This document shows, one piece after another, positions 29,201-40,059 of a stretch of DNA of 64,000 bases. The stretch is from Macrostomum lignano. Taxonomy: Eukaryota. A program made the position numbers and the translations under genes. Location: the NCBI GenBank assembly GCA_002269645.1, contig NIVC01001936.1:1-64000 (forward strand), read 5' to 3'. Under the pieces are notes generated by a model, which saw nothing but the letters and a program-made list of their open reading frames with translations, was not told the DNA's origin and made no database searches. Within the stretch, counting starts at the first letter, position 1. Every line of letters begins with the position of its first letter.

Positions 29201-29660
29201 CATAACCATACATATGCAACATCTAGCTAAGCCAGTTAATCTGACCAGCTAGCATGGTATCCAGACAAACTGCGAAGTAAGTCACAAAAAATTCCCACTA
29301 ATCCCACCCAAAAATACCAATGTAGTAGACAATTTGTCCTGACTTATACAGTCATAGTTGCTCTTGCTTTTTATCCAAAATTATATACAGAATCAGAGAG
29401 GTTGCACAAAGTATGGACATGACTGCTAGACTGCGCTTCAAAAGGACAATTATCAAAAAAAAAGAAAAATAATTCTTGCATAATGCCATGTTGTGAGCAG
29501 TTTTAGACCTATTGGGCAAAGTACTTATTATTAGTGCTGCAAAGATTAACTTTTATTTTTGTTAGAATTTTTTTAGTATATGCGTATCTATAACTAATTG
29601 TCATTTAAAAATCACTTCAGAACCCTATTAGCTCTAAGAAGTTAAGAACGAAACCCAAAA

Positions 29661-32367
29661 ATGGACGCAAAAAAGTTTCTGGAACTGCAAGGCCAAATTA
29701 AGCAGAACAATCAGGATTACTTGGAGTTTGTCAGCGAGCTGGACTCTTGGAAGGCCGAGCTCGATAAGAGACGCGAAAAATCTCTGCTGAACTTGCAGCA
29801 GCAGCAGCAACAGCAACAGAATGGCTCCAGCGAGAATCTGCCCCCAGTCAGAAACAGTCTAATGAAGAAAAAGTACAAGAAGAAGCCCAAAAGCAAGCAG
29901 GAAGCTGCTGAGCAGCAGCAACAACAGAAGAAGAAGATTGCAGCCTACGATTATAAAGCTTGGGATAAATTCGATGTTGACAAAGCTTGCGAAGAGGTTG
30001 ACGCCGCGAAGCCAGCCTCCGATGAGGAATACGAAACTGATGAAGAATGGGAAGAGGAGCGACGAAAGCAGCTGGCAGAGTCAAAGAAAGCTGCTGGCAA
30101 TGAGGCTTTCAAAGCTGGCAAATTTGAAGACGCAGTTGAGTTGTACACCAAGGCGACTCAGTTGAACCCCGAGTCTGCTGTGTACTTTTGTAATCGAGCG
30201 ATGGCGCTGTTGAAATTGGAGCGATTTGCAGCCGCTGAGGCCGACTGCTGCTCTGCCCTGGAATTGGATGCCAAAATGGTTAAAGCTTATTACAGGTGGG
30301 CTTATTACATACTAAACATATTTAGTTACAAGAATTGCTAATTTGGTAGCTAAGCCTGTTTAGATATTTGGTAGCTAAGCCTGTTTAGATATTTGGTAGC
30401 TAAGCCTGTTTAGATATTTGGTAGCTAAGCCTGCTTAGATATTTGGTAGCTAAGCCTGCTTAGATATTTGGTAGCTAAGCCTGTTTAGATATTTGGTAGC
30501 TAAGCCTGCTTAGATATTTGGTAGCTAAGCCTGCTTAGATATTTGGTAGCTAAGCCTGCTTAGATATTTGGTAGCTAAGCCTGCTTAGATATTTGGTAGC
30601 TAAGCCTGTTTAGATATTTGGTAGCTAAGCCTGTTTAGAGATTGGTAGATAATCCAGGTATATCACATACAAGGCTGACATATCCTTGTTAGCAAAAGCT
30701 CCATGGCCTTCAGCACCGAATTCTCTCCACAGACGCGGCCAGGCGCGCCAGAAACTCGGCAAGCTGCCAGACGCTCTGCGCGACTTAGAAGAAGCCCTGG
30801 CCCTAGAGCCCAACAACAAAGCGTTGCAATCGGAGGTGAAACAGCTTCGAATAGATTTGCACCCGGAGAAATACGCCACCGGAGAGGTGGAACCAATATT
30901 TGATAAGCCAGTTAGCCAGAGATCTCAAAAGCCGCTAGTTCGTGTACCAATTCAAGAGGTGTCCGCGGTCAAAGCGGCCCAGGTAACACCTGTTGCTACG
31001 GCGACTTCAGAACGTACGGCAAAGGATGAATCGAAAACGGTTCAGACGGAGCAGCCAGTATTAACTGCTGCTGATCAAAGTTCAGCTCAGTCTGGAGTGA
31101 CACAGTAAGCTGGATTATTTTCTTCAAGTTTCTCTCAAAACAGTTTTGTAGTCAGTGTTATACAATCTACCAACAGTATTTCTCTGTAGAATAAGCTTCC
31201 AGCTTCCACTGTAGTATAATTAGCTTCCACTGTAGTAGAATAAGCTTCCACTGTAGTAGAATAAGCTTCCACTGTAGTAGAATAAGCTTCCACTGTAGTA
31301 GAATAAGCTTCCACTGTAGTAGAATAGGCTTCCACTGTAGTAGAATAAGCTTCCACTGTAGTAGAATAAGCTTCCACTGTAGTAGAATAAGCTTCCACTG
31401 TAGTAGAATAGGCTTCCACTGTAGTAGAATAAGCTTCCACTGTAGTAGAATAAGCTTCCACTGTAGTAGAATAAGCTTCCACTGTAGTAGAATAGGCTTC
31501 CACTGTAGTAGAATAACCTTCCACTGTAGTAGAATAACCTTCCAGCTTCCATTGTAGTAGAATAAGCTTCCACTGTAGTAGAATAACCTTCCAGCTTCCA
31601 CTGTAGTAGAATAAGCTTCCACTGTAGTAGAATAAGCTTCCACTGTAGTAGAATAGGCTTCCACTGTAGTAGAATAAGCTTCCACTGTAGTAGAATAAGC
31701 TTCCAGCTTCCATTGTAGTAGAAGAAACTTCCACTGTAGTAGAATAAGCTTCCAGTTTCCACTATCGAAGGCTTCCACTATGGAATCAAAGCTTTGATCT
31801 TCCATCTGTGAAAAAGTGTTCAGTGCAAGAATTATGTTTTCATTCCAAAAGAGAGATTTTTACCTTAATTTACTTTGCTTACCCTCGCCAATTTCCAGCT
31901 CGTCATCCAGCAAGCCGCCAGCTGCCCAGCAGACTCAGCCGGAGCCGCTGCCGGCGCCCCCGGAGACGCCCTACCAGTTCAAGTCGGCCTACCGCAGCCT
32001 GGGCCGCCGCGATCCGCTAGCATTCTGCACCAGCGTGCTGTGCGCCGTGCCTCCAGACCGGCTGCCGGCTCTGATCGGCGAATCCTTGGAATCCGACGCC
32101 CTGCTGGACATGGCCGGCGCGTTCCAGGCTGGCCTGAGCGCCGATCCGGCTATCGCGCCCAGGGTCTACCAGTGCCTGCGGCTCATCGCTGACAGGGTCA
32201 GGCGGTTCGCCACCTGCGTTGCATTTCTCAGCTCCGGCGAGCTGGGTCAGCTGGCCCAGCTGATCAGTCAGCTGACTGGCCTGCTGCAGCCTCTGACCGC
32301 TGCTGGCGATGCTCAGTACGATTTGACACGGCTGGCCGCTGCCTATGGCGTTCCCCATGCTGTTTGA
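29661..32367 (+). CDS. RPAP3: RPAP3/Spaghetti R2TP co-chaperone; exons 29661-30295, 30733-31104, 31899-32367; 491 aa
   Basis: N-terminal LQGQIKQN..ELDSW, YDYKAWDKFDVD, TPR triplet (GNEAFKAGKF..AVELYT, NRAMALLKL, KAYYRRG.AR), C-terminal PETPYQF..Y, IGESLES and RF..V.FLS; exons join in phase. Confidence 0.92.
30342..30640. repeat. 25-bp minisatellite (ATTTGGTAGCTAAGCCTGTTTAGAT), RPAP3 intron 1
   Basis: Read directly from the sequence. Confidence 0.95.
31185..31790. repeat. 21-bp minisatellite (AGAATAAGCTTCCACTGTAGT), RPAP3 intron 2
   Basis: Read directly from the sequence. Confidence 0.95.
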
Positions 32368-32407
32368 CTCACGCCCGGCTTCTGATTGGCTGACTGTGTA
32401 GCCCTGC

Positions 32408-32935
32408 TGTCCCTCTCCTCTCCCGTGTCTCTCTTCTGTCTCTCTCCTCTCCCGTCTCTCTCCTCTCCCGTCTCTCTCCTCTCCCTTCTCTCTCCTCTCC
32501 CGTCTCTCTCCTCTCCCTTCTCTCTCCTCTCCCGTCTCTCTATTCTGTCTCTCTCCTCTCCCGTCTCTCTCTTCTGTCTCTCTCCTCTCCCGTCTTTCTC
32601 TTCTGTCTCTCTCCTCTCCCGTCTCTCTCCTCTCCCGTCTCTCTCCTCTCCCGTCTCTCTCCTCTCCCGTCTCTCTCCTCTCCCGTCTCTCTCCTCTCCC
32701 GTCTCTCTCCTCTCCCGTCTCTCTCTGCCTCTCCCTCTCCTCTCCCTCTCCCGTCTCTCTCCTCTCCCGTCTCTCTCCTCTCCCGTCTCTCTCTGCCTCT
32801 CCCTCTCCTCTCCCTCTCCCGTCTCTCTCCTCTCCCGTCTCTCTGCCTCTCCCTCTCCTCTCCCTCTCCCGTCTCTCTCCTCTCCCGTCTCTCTATTCTC
32901 CCTCTTCTCTCCCATCTCTCCTGTATGCCTCTCCC
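32408..32935. repeat. CT-rich repeat (CTCTCCTCTCCCGTCT) in the RPAP3 3' region
   Basis: Read directly from the sequence; AATAAA follows at 33047. Confidence 0.93.
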
Positions 32936-33276
32936 TCTCGTTTTCAACTATTGGAAACTTCTTTTTTCCTTTCTGTTTCATCTGATCTGATTTGACATTG
33001 CCAACGAGTTTGCTATTTATATCGTAATTTTATTACAAAATACAACAATAAATTTAAGTACTCCTGTGTGCCTTTTAATAATGCCCAGTTTTTATACGGT
33101 TATTTCAGCAAATTTTCATTTCTATATTTACTACTGATAGGCGCCTGTACTTTTAACTTCAAACAGCTAAGCGCCAATTCTTTACCAATTTCAGTGATAT
33201 TGGCAACTGGCATCATTGAGCACAGTGCGATAATTGATTTAATATCAGTAACAAAGAACATTTTGCAACCACGCAG

Positions 33277-34245
33277 ATGCCTAAATCTTCCAAACCCAAT
33301 TCTGTCGAGTCAAACGCCAAAGATAATAACAAAAAAGTGACCAGTGAAAGCCTCGTTGGTGGAGAAGCTATTTCTGACTCTACTACTAGTTACAGTAGTA
33401 GTAGAAGACGTACCTTCGGCGTGACGCCTCGCGATCCAATTCATTCCGAGCCAGCCGATGAAGCAAACAGTTCGGCTGCAGCTTCAGCTGCGTACGTCTA
33501 TAGAAAGGGCGACACTCGCAGAGCTGTCCTGTGGCTTGGGGCCATCTTTTCCATGGCCTTGCTACTCATGTACATCCTCTATTTAAACATGCCGCCATTC
33601 ACAGCCGAGGAGAGCCAATTGCTTCGATTGCCGGCAACGCTTGACGATGCCAAACAATTAGGCAATCTGTTGTACAAGTACAAGAGTACTTACTTTGCTC
33701 AGGTGCTAATTGGCCTGGCTATTACCTACGTGTTTCTGCAGACATTTGCTATACCCGGGTCAATCTTTCTAAGCATATTGTCTGGTTATTTGTTTCCTCT
33801 GCCGCTGGCTTTGACTCTAGTTTGCACCTGTTCAGCTATTGGCGCTTCGTTCTGCTATCTACTGTCTTACCTGGCATTGAGACCGCTGCTTCACAAACAT
33901 GTTGCTAATAGAATATCCAGTTGGGCAACCGAGGTAGCTGAGCATCGCGAGCACCTATTCAACTATATATTGTTTCTAAGAATAACTCCTTTCCTGCCTA
34001 ATTGGTTTATTAATTTGGCCTCGCCTATAGTCGGCGTGTCGCTAGTGCCATTTTTTATCGGCACATTCTTTGGCGTAATGCCGCCATCTGTCTTTGCTAT
34101 TCAAGGTGGGCAGACTTTGCAAAAATTGGCGTCAACATCTGAGACAGTCACGTGGCGCAGTGTCTCCATACTTGCTGTACTGGCTCTGCTGGCCATTGCT
34201 CCGGCTGTGTTTAAAAACCGATTGAAGCAGAGGCTAAAGTTTTGA
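33277..34245 (+). CDS. TMEM41B: TMEM41B/stasimon, VTT (DedA/SNARE-associated) domain membrane protein, single coding exon
   Basis: LRLPATLDDAKQLG..L..YK, FLQTFAIPGSIFLSILSGYLF, CSAIGASFCYLLS, LFLRITPFLPNWFINLASP. Confidence 0.95.
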   Translation: MPKSSKPNSVESNAKDNNKKVTSESLVGGEAISDSTTSYSSSRRRTFGVTPRDPIHSEPADEANSSAAASAAYVYRKGDTRRAVLWLGAIFSMALLLMYILYLNMPPFTAEESQLLRLPATLDDAKQLGNLLYKYKSTYFAQVLIGLAITYVFLQTFAIPGSIFLSILSGYLFPLPLALTLVCTCSAIGASFCYLLSYLALRPLLHKHVANRISSWATEVAEHREHLFNYILFLRITPFLPNWFINLASPIVGVSLVPFFIGTFFGVMPPSVFAIQGGQTLQKLASTSETVTWRSVSILAVLALLAIAPAVFKNRLKQRLKF

Positions 34246-34336
34246 TTTGGTCCTGTTGTCCGCCTTGATTCGACTCTGATATTGATTATGTCGTAACTTT
34301 CTGTCAACGTAGTTTAAATGCTTTCAATTTTGAAGA

Positions 34337-36710
34337 GGACAGTCCCGTCTCTTGAAATTGACAATTGTGTCTTTAAACTTGACAGTCCCGTCTCTTGAAA
34401 TTGGCAATTGTGTCTTTAAACTTGACAGTCCCGTCTCTTGAAATTGGCAATTGTGTCTTTAAACTTGACAGTCCCGTCTCTTGAAATTGGCAATTGTGTC
34501 TTTAAACTTGACAGTCCCGTCTCTTGAAATTGGCAATTGTGTCTTTAAACTTGACAGTCCCGTCTCTTGAAATTGGCAATTGTGTCTTTAAACTTGACAG
34601 TCCCGTCTCTTGAAATTGGCAATTGTGTCTTTAAACTTGACAGTCCCGTCTCTTGAAATTGGCAATTGTGTCTTTAAACTTGACAGTCCCGTCTCTTGAA
34701 ATTGGCAATTGTGTCTTTAAACTTGACAGTCCCGTCTCTTGAAATTGGCAATTGTGTCTTTAAACTTGACAGTCCCGTCTCTTGAAATTGGCAATTGTGT
34801 CTTTAAACTTGACAGTCCCGTCTCTTGAAATGAACAATTGTGTCTTTAAACTTGACAGTCCCGTCTCTTGAAATGGACAATTGTGTCTTTAAACTTGACA
34901 GTCCCGTCTCTTGAAATGAACAATTGTGTCTTTAAACTTGACAGTCCCGTCTCTTGAAATGAACAATTGTGTCTTTAAACTTGACAGTCCCGTCTCTTGA
35001 AATGGACAATTGTGTCTTTAAACTTGACAGTCCCGTCTCTTGAAATGAACAATTGTGTCTTTAAACTTGACAGTCCCGTCTCTTGAAATTGGCAATTGTG
35101 TCTTTAAACTTGACAGTCCCGTCTCTTGAAATGGACAATTGTGTCTTTAAACTTGACAGTCCCGTCTCTTGAAATTGACAATTGTGTCTTTAAACTTGAC
35201 AGTCCCGTCTCTTGAAATGGACAATTGTGTCTTTAAACTTGACAGTCCCGTCTCTTGAAATTGGCAATTGTGTCTTTAAACTTGACAGTCCCGTCTCTTG
35301 AAATTGGCAATTGTGTCTTTAAACTTGACAGTCCCGTCTCTTGAAATTGGCAATTGTGTCTTTAAACTTGACAGTCCCGTCTCTTGAAATTGGCAATTGT
35401 GTCTTTAAACTTGACAGTCCCGTCTCTTGAAATTGGCAATTGTGTCTTTAAACTTGACAGTCCCGTCTCTTGAAATTGGCAATTGTGTCTTTAAACTTGA
35501 CAGTCCCGTCTCTTGAAATTGGCAATTGTGTCTTTAAACTTGACAGTCCCGTCTCTTGAAATTGGCAATTGTGTCTTTAAACTTGACAGTCCCGTCTCTT
35601 GAAATTGGCAATTGTGTCTTTAAACTTGACAGTCCCGTCTCTTGAAATTGGCAATTGTGTCTTTAAACTTGACAGTCCCGTCTCTTGAAATTGGCAATTG
35701 TGTCTTTAAACTTGACAGTCCCGTCTCTTGAAATGAACAATTGTGTCTTTAAACTTGACAGTCCCGTCTCTTGAAATGGACAATTGTGTCTTTAAACTTG
35801 ACAGTCCCGTCTCTTGAAATGAACAATTGTGTCTTTAAACTTGACAGTCCCGTCTCTTGAAATGAACAATTGTGTCTTTAAACTTGACAGTCCCGTCTCT
35901 TGAAATGGACAATTGTGTCTTTAAACTTGACAGTCCCGTCTCTTGAAATGAACAATTGTGTCTTTAAACTTGACAGTCCCGTCTCTTGAAATTGGCAATT
36001 GTGTCTTTAAACTTGACAGTCCCGTCTCTTGAAATGGACAATTGTGTCTTTAAACTTGACAGTCCCGTCTCTTGAAATTGACAATTGTGTCTTTAAACTT
36101 GACAGTCCCGTCTCTTGAAATTGGCAATTGTGTCTTTAAACTTGACAGTCCCGTCTCTTGAAATTGGCAATTGTGTCTTTAAACTTGACAGTCCCGTCTC
36201 TTGAAATTGGCAATTGTGTCTTTAAACTTGACAGTCCCGTCTCTTGAAATTGGCAATTGTGTCTTTAAACTTGACAGTCCCGTCTCTTGAAATTGGCAAT
36301 TGTGTCTTTAAACTTGACAGTCCCGTCTCTTGAAATGAACAATTGTGTCTTTAAACTTGACAGTCCCGTCTCTTGAAATTGGCAATTGTGTCTTTAAACT
36401 TGACAGTCCCGTCTCTTGAAATTGGCAATTGTGTCTTTAAACTTGACAGTCCCGTCTCTTGAAATTGGCAATTGTGTCTTTAAACTTGACAGTCCCGTCT
36501 CTTGAAATTGGCAATTGTGTCTTTAAACTTGACAGTCCCGTCTCTTGAAATTGGCAATTGTGTCTTTAAACTTGACAGTCCCGTCTCTGAACTGGACAGT
36601 CCCGTCTCTGAACTGGATAGTCCCGTCTCTGAACTGGACAGTCCCGTCTCTGAACTGGATAGTCCGTCTCTGAACTGGACAGTCCCGTCTCTGAACTAGA
36701 CAGTCCCGTC
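34337..36710. repeat. 43-bp minisatellite (GACAGTCCCGTCTCTTGAAATTGGCAATTGTGTCTTTAAACTT), about 52 copies, ending in 21-bp truncated units
   Basis: Head-to-tail units with no spacers. Confidence 0.97.
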
Positions 36711-37582
36711 TTTGAATTTGATCTTTTCTGAATTCCAAATTTAAGAATGGTTAGTGTGTCTTTAAATTTACCGTAGCAGTAGAAAGCTTTTTGAAAAAAA
36801 CAGCCATGAAAAGGGCCGTTTTTAATATAAAAATTCATTAGCAAAACCCCAAAAAATTAATGTTTTAGCATTTTATAAAAGTTACTTTTTTCTGATGAAT
36901 TTATAGTTCAATCTTATTCGTTTTGGCAGAACAAAAGTTTTATGTAAAAAATTATTATCTACTTATTTTGGGGCCAACAAAAGTGTTCTGTATGCTATAT
37001 ATTAAAACGGTGTAGATTTGTTGCGCTAAAAATTCGATAGAAGCTGCTGCCAAGTCTTGTTTTTTTCTTTAAATTACAATTCATATTAAATTTGATTGCC
37101 TAGAACTGATTGATTGATTATTTATAATTTCTTGCTGTTTTTTTCTTACTTGCGTCTGTCAGCTCTCAACATTATGCTACTTATTAGCAGTAGTGCGTAG
37201 AGAGAATTAAAGCCTAGTTGTTATTTCTTATATCGATTTTAGCCTTTGTGATTTCATTCTAAATATTTGAAAATAATTTCTGTCTTGGAAATGCGAAAAT
37301 AAACAAAGCAAATTTGTTCTTACTTGGTCTGTTGTCAATTTGTTTTAATGCTAAATATATTTTCATGGCGTTAGAATATCTGAACTTCAATCAATTAATA
37401 ATCAGTTGGTGTCCAGATGAGTAGACAACTGCTGCTGTAGGCTAGATGAGTTCTATTTCCTAGAATAGGATGATTAAGCCATAAAACTGTTCAATTATTT
37501 ATGTTACCAACCGGTTCATCGACCGGAGGAGCTACCCAGCAGGGACTAAACTTTTGAAGTTGTGAACCAAATTTATTGAATA

Positions 37583-39838
37583 AGTAAGTTCTCGTCTTAT
37601 TACTATACTGTTTGTCCATTATACACATTCGACATTCCAGTTCTTTAATTATTGAACTAACGGAAATGACCAACGGAAGTTTTCAACAAGGTGAAGTGAA
37701 ATTTCGAGCTTGCGAAGCTTCGAGCTTGTATGAAGCTTCGAGCTTGTGTGAAGCTTCGAGCTTTTGTGAAGCTTCGAGCTTGCTTGTGTGAAGCTTCGAG
37801 CTTTTGTGAAGCTTCGAGCTTGCTTGTGTGAAGCTTCGAGCTTTTGTGAAGCTTCGAGCTTTTGTGAAGCTTCGAGCTTGCCTGTGTGAAGCTTCGAGCT
37901 TTTGTGAAGCTTCGAGCTTTTGTGAAGCTTCGAGCTTGCTTGTGTGAAGCTTCGAGCTTTTGTGAAGCTTCGAGCTTGCCTGTGTGAAGCTTCGAGCTTT
38001 TGTGAAGCTTCGAGCTTTTGTGAAGCTTCGAGCTTGCTTGTGTGAAGCTTCGAGCTTTTGTGAAGCTTCGAGCTTGCCTGTGTGAAGCTTCGAGCTTTTG
38101 TGAAGCTTCGAGCTTTTGTGAAGCTTCGAGCTTGCTTGTGTGAAGCTTCGAGCTTTTGTGAAGCTTCGAGCTTGCTTGTGTGAAGCTTCGAGCTTTTGTG
38201 ACGCTTCGAGCTTGCCTGTGTGAAGCTTCGAGCTTGCTTGTGTGAAGCTTCGAGCTTTTGTGAAGCTTCGAGCTTGCCTGTGTGAAGCTTCGAGCTTGCC
38301 TGTGTGAAGCTTCGAGCTTTTGTGAAGCTTCGAGCTTTTGTGAAGCTTCGAGCTTGCTTGTGTGAAGCTTCAAGCTTGTATGAAGCTTCGAGCTTGTGTA
38401 AAGCTTCGAGCTTTCTTGTGTGAAGCTTCGAGCTTTTGTGAAGCTTCGAGCTTGCTTGTGTGAAGCTTCGAGCTTTTGTGACGCTTCGAGCTTGCCTGTG
38501 TGAAGCTTCGAGCTTGCTTGTGTGAAGCTTCGAGCTTTTGTGAAGCTTCGAGCTTGCCTGTGTGAAGCTTCGAGCTTGCCTGTGTGAAGCTTCGAGCTTG
38601 CCTGTGTGAAGCTTCGAGCTTTTGTGAAGCTTCGAGCTTGCTTGTGTGAAGCTTCAAGCTTGTATGAAGCTTCGAGCTTGTGTAAAGCTTCGAGCTTTCT
38701 TGTGTGAAGCTTCGAGCTTTTGTGAAGCTTCGAGCTTGCCTGTGTGAAGCTTCGAGCTTGCCTGTGTGAAGCTTCGAGCTTTTGTGAAGCTTCGAGCTTG
38801 CTTGTGTGAAGCTTCAAGCTTGTATGAAGCTTCGAGCTTGTGTAAAGCTTCGAGCTTTCTTGTGTGAAGCTTCGAGCTTTCTTGTGTGAAGCTTCGAGCT
38901 TGTGTGAAGCTTCGAGCTTGTGTGAAGCTTTGAGCTTGTGTGAAGCTTTGAGCTTGTGTGAAGCTTTGAGCTTGTGTGAAGCTTTGAGCTTGTGTGAAGC
39001 TTTGAGATTGTGTGAAGCTTTGAGCTTGTGTGAAGCTTCGAGCTTGTGTGAAGCTTTGAGCTTGTGTGAAGCTTTGAGATTGTGTGAAGCTTTGAGCTTG
39101 TGTGAAGCTTCGAGCTTGTGTGAAGCTTCGAGCTTGTGTGAAGCTTCGAGCTTGTAAAACTTTGAGCTTGTAAAACTTCGAGCTTGTGTGAAGCTTCGAG
39201 CTTGTAAAACGGCCAGTTAATCCTACTTACAGTAGTTTCAATAAATTTTAATTCCAGTGTCAGCCGGCTCAGACTTCAGCGTCTCGGCCGTCAGTTTAAA
39301 AGCGCAAAAGAAATTAGCCAGCAGGTTTTCCACCCGAAAATGCGCCCGAGTGGTGCTGGACGATCTGGCCAGCGGCTTGCTGGACCGGCTGCACAAGCTC
39401 GTGTCTCTCTGCCTCAACTCGCGCAGAGACGCGGATAAAACGGTTAAAAATCTCATCAAAGTGGCAGTTAAAGCCGCCCTGTTGGCCAAGAATGAGCAGT
39501 TTAACGACGCCGAATTGGCTATTGGCCGGCAGCTCAATGCCCGACTGCGCCACCTGCTAATGACCCTGATTAGTTTCCACCGGGTAGATTTCACCTACGA
39601 TCGGCAGCATCTGATCGGACTGCTGAACGAGTTCCGCGATCTGCTGGACCGGCTGTTAGGCGATCACGTGACCCAGAAGTCGCACGACCGTCTGGCCGAT
39701 GCGTTTCAATGCCTGACTAAGCCGGAGCTGTTGGACGAGTTGTACGGCGGAGCGGCGCCGGGGAGTCGGGTTCACTCTGAGATGCAGCTGTTGTGCAGAG
39801 ACGCCGATCTGTTTCTTGAGCAGCGCTGGTCTGCTTGA
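37583..39838 (+). CDS. TNFAIP8: TNFAIP8/TIPE family protein; main exon 39258-39838, with the A of the ATG probably supplied by an upstream exon ending at 37583
   Basis: SLKAQKKLAS, LDDLASGLLDRL, KNLIKVAVK, FNDAE, MTLISFHRVDFTYDR..L, HVTQKSHDRL..F, ELLDELY; acceptor TTCCAG|TG and donor AA|GTAAGT. Confidence 0.9.
37700..39210. repeat. Variable-length minisatellite with core GAAGCTTCGAGCTT, in the inferred TNFAIP8 intron
   Basis: Read directly from the sequence. Confidence 0.95.
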
Positions 39839-40059
39839 TGACGTCATTAGAGACTTGGGGAAAACTCAATCTCAACTCTTCTCATGTCCGTCATTTTGTG
39901 TCCGCATTGTCCGAGCTTAACAAAACTGCTACTCACATGAAAGATTGTTCGTATTATAAATTTGCGGTATTGTTTTACAAGTAATTGTATATCAATCTGT
40001 TTTTAACTGAAGTCTCTTTCCAGCACTGTACTGAACTTTTTGACTTAATGATGATTTTG

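Noticed and set aside
34337-36710. CRISPR-like appearance of the 43-bp, 48-bp and 24-bp arrays
   Set aside because: Units are head-to-tail with no unique spacers, no cas genes are present, and the context is eukaryotic.
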